Shown here in pieces: positions 62,206-64,000 of a stretch of 64,000 nt of DNA. Origin of the DNA: Macrostomum hystrix (lineage: Eukaryota > Animalia > Platyhelminthes); contig CATNEN010000008.1 of assembly GCA_950097015.1 (NCBI GenBank), positions 1,736,001-1,800,000 on the forward strand. Reading direction: 5' to 3'. A model generated the notes under the pieces. That model was not told where the DNA came from. It ran no database searches and was given only the letters and a program-made list of their open reading frames with translations. How positions within the stretch are numbered: position 1 is the stretch's first letter; every line of letters starts with the position of its first letter. Position numbers and translations under genes: made by a program.

Positions 62206-64000
62206 TCCAGCAATCGTCTAATTCCAGTAATCTTCTAATTCCAGTAATCGTCTAATTCCAGCAATCGTCTAATTCCAGTAATCTTCTAATTCCAGTAATC
62301 GTCTAATTCCAGCAATCGTCTAATTCCAGTAATCTTCTAATTCCAGTAATCGTCTAATTCCAGAATCGTCTAATTCCAGTAATCGTCTAATTCCAGCAAT
62401 CGTCTAATTCCAGCAATCTTCTAATTCCAGCAATCGTCTAATTCCAGCAATCGTCTAATTCCAGTAATCTTCTAATTCCAGCAATCGTCTAATTGCAGTA
62501 ATATTCTAATTCCAGCAATCGTCTAATTCCAGTAATCTTCTAATTCCAGCAATCGTCTAATTGCAGCAATCGTCTGATTCCAGCAATCTTCTAATTCCAG
62601 TAATATTCTAATTCCAGTAATCGTCTAATTCCAGCAATCGTCTAATTCCAGCAATCGTCTAATTCCAGCAATCTTCTAATTCCAGCAATCGTCTAATTCC
62701 AGCAATCGTCTAATTCCAGCAATCTTCTAATTCCAGCAATCGTCTAATTCCAGCAATCGTCTAATTCCAGCAATCGTCTAATTCCAGTAATATTCTAATT
62801 CCAGCAATCGTCTAATTGCAGCAATCGTCTGATTCCAGCAATCTTCTAATTCCAGTAATATTCTAATTCCAGTAATCGTCTAATTCCAGCAATCGTCTAA
62901 TTCCAGCAATCGTCTAATTCCAGCAATCTTCTAATTCCAGCAATCGTCTAATTCCAGCAATCGTCTAATTCCAGAATCGTCTAATTCCAGTAATATTCTA
63001 ATTCCAGCAATCGTCTAATTCCAGCAATCTTCTAATTCCAGCAATCGTCTAATTCCAGCAATCGTCTAATTCCAGCAATCGTCTAATTCCAGTAATATTC
63101 TAATTCCAGCAATCGTCTAATTCCAGCAATCTTCTAATTCCAGTAATATTCTAATTCCAGCAATCGTCTAATTGCAGCAATCGTCTAATTCCAGCAATCT
63201 TCTAATTCCAGCAATGGTCTAATTCCAGCAATCGTCTAATTCCAGCAATCGTCTAATTCCAGCAATCTTCTAATTCCAGCAATCGTCTAATTCCAGCAAT
63301 CGTCTAATTCCAGCAATCTTCTAATTCCAGCAATCGTCTAATTCCAGCAATCGTCTAATTCCAGAATCGTCTAATTCCAGTAATATTCTAATTCCAGTAA
63401 TCGTCTAATTCCAGCAATCTTCTAATTCCAGCAATCGTCTAATTCCAGCAATCGTCTAATTCCAGCAATCGTCTAATTCCAGTAATATTCTAATTCCAGC
63501 AATCGTCTAATTGCAGCAATCGTCTAATTCCAGCAATCTTCTAATTCCAGTAATATTCTAATTCCAGCAATCGTCTAATTGCAGCAATCTTCTAATTCCA
63601 GCAATCTTCTGATTCCAGCAATCTTCTAATTCCAGCAATGGTCTAATTCCAGCAATCGTCTAATTCCAGCAATCGTCTAATTCCAGCAATCGTCTAATTC
63701 CAGCAATCGTCTAATTCCAGAATCGTCTAATTCCAGTAATATTCTAATTCCAGTAATCGTCTAATTCCAGCAATCTTCTAATTCCAGTAATCGTCTAATT
63801 CCAGCAATCTTCTAATTCCAGCAATCGTCTAATTCCAGCAATCGTCTAATTCCAGCAATCGTCTAATTCCAGTAATATTCTAATTCCAGCAATCGTCTAA
63901 TTGCAGCAATCGTCTAATTCCAGCAATCTTCTAATTCCAGCAATGGTCTAATTCCAGCAATGGTCTAATTCCAGCAATCGTCTAATTCCAGCAATCTTCT
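62205..64000. repeat. 17-bp minisatellite (AATCGTCTAATTCCAGC), over 100 copies, runs off the window edge
   Basis: Read directly; directly abuts the 35-bp array. Confidence 0.97.

Overview
Eukaryotic (metazoan) genomic DNA with GT-AG introns and no prokaryotic features. GC-rich exons, AT-rich introns, TTAGGG tracts and dense minisatellites are consistent with a free-living flatworm such as Macrostomum (inference only). I reconstructed five spliced genes by hand, with frame-consistent junctions: NPL-like N-acetylneuraminate lyase (+), and on the minus strand a GRD/8916-type GABA-A-like Cys-loop subunit, NPC1, a PhzF/PBLD-family epimerase and EML (EMAP). One FHA-like exon belongs to a gene running off the left edge. 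About 30 tandem arrays with mostly different units cover roughly 24 kb (~38%), and most long introns carry their own private minisatellite. There are also an intact hAT MITE with an 8-bp TSD and two tRNA-derived SINE families. Most notable: (1) a Cys-bracketed, furin-site, mucin-like ~100-aa insert in the NPC1 sterol-binding domain; (2) MITE and SINE copies that appear to carry or host minisatellite expansions; (3) a GABA subunit with an ADR rather than PAR selectivity filter; (4) an altered NPL sugar pocket; (5) a possible trans-spliced EML-PBLD-NPC1 cluster. No database searches were run; family calls rest on recognised motifs.
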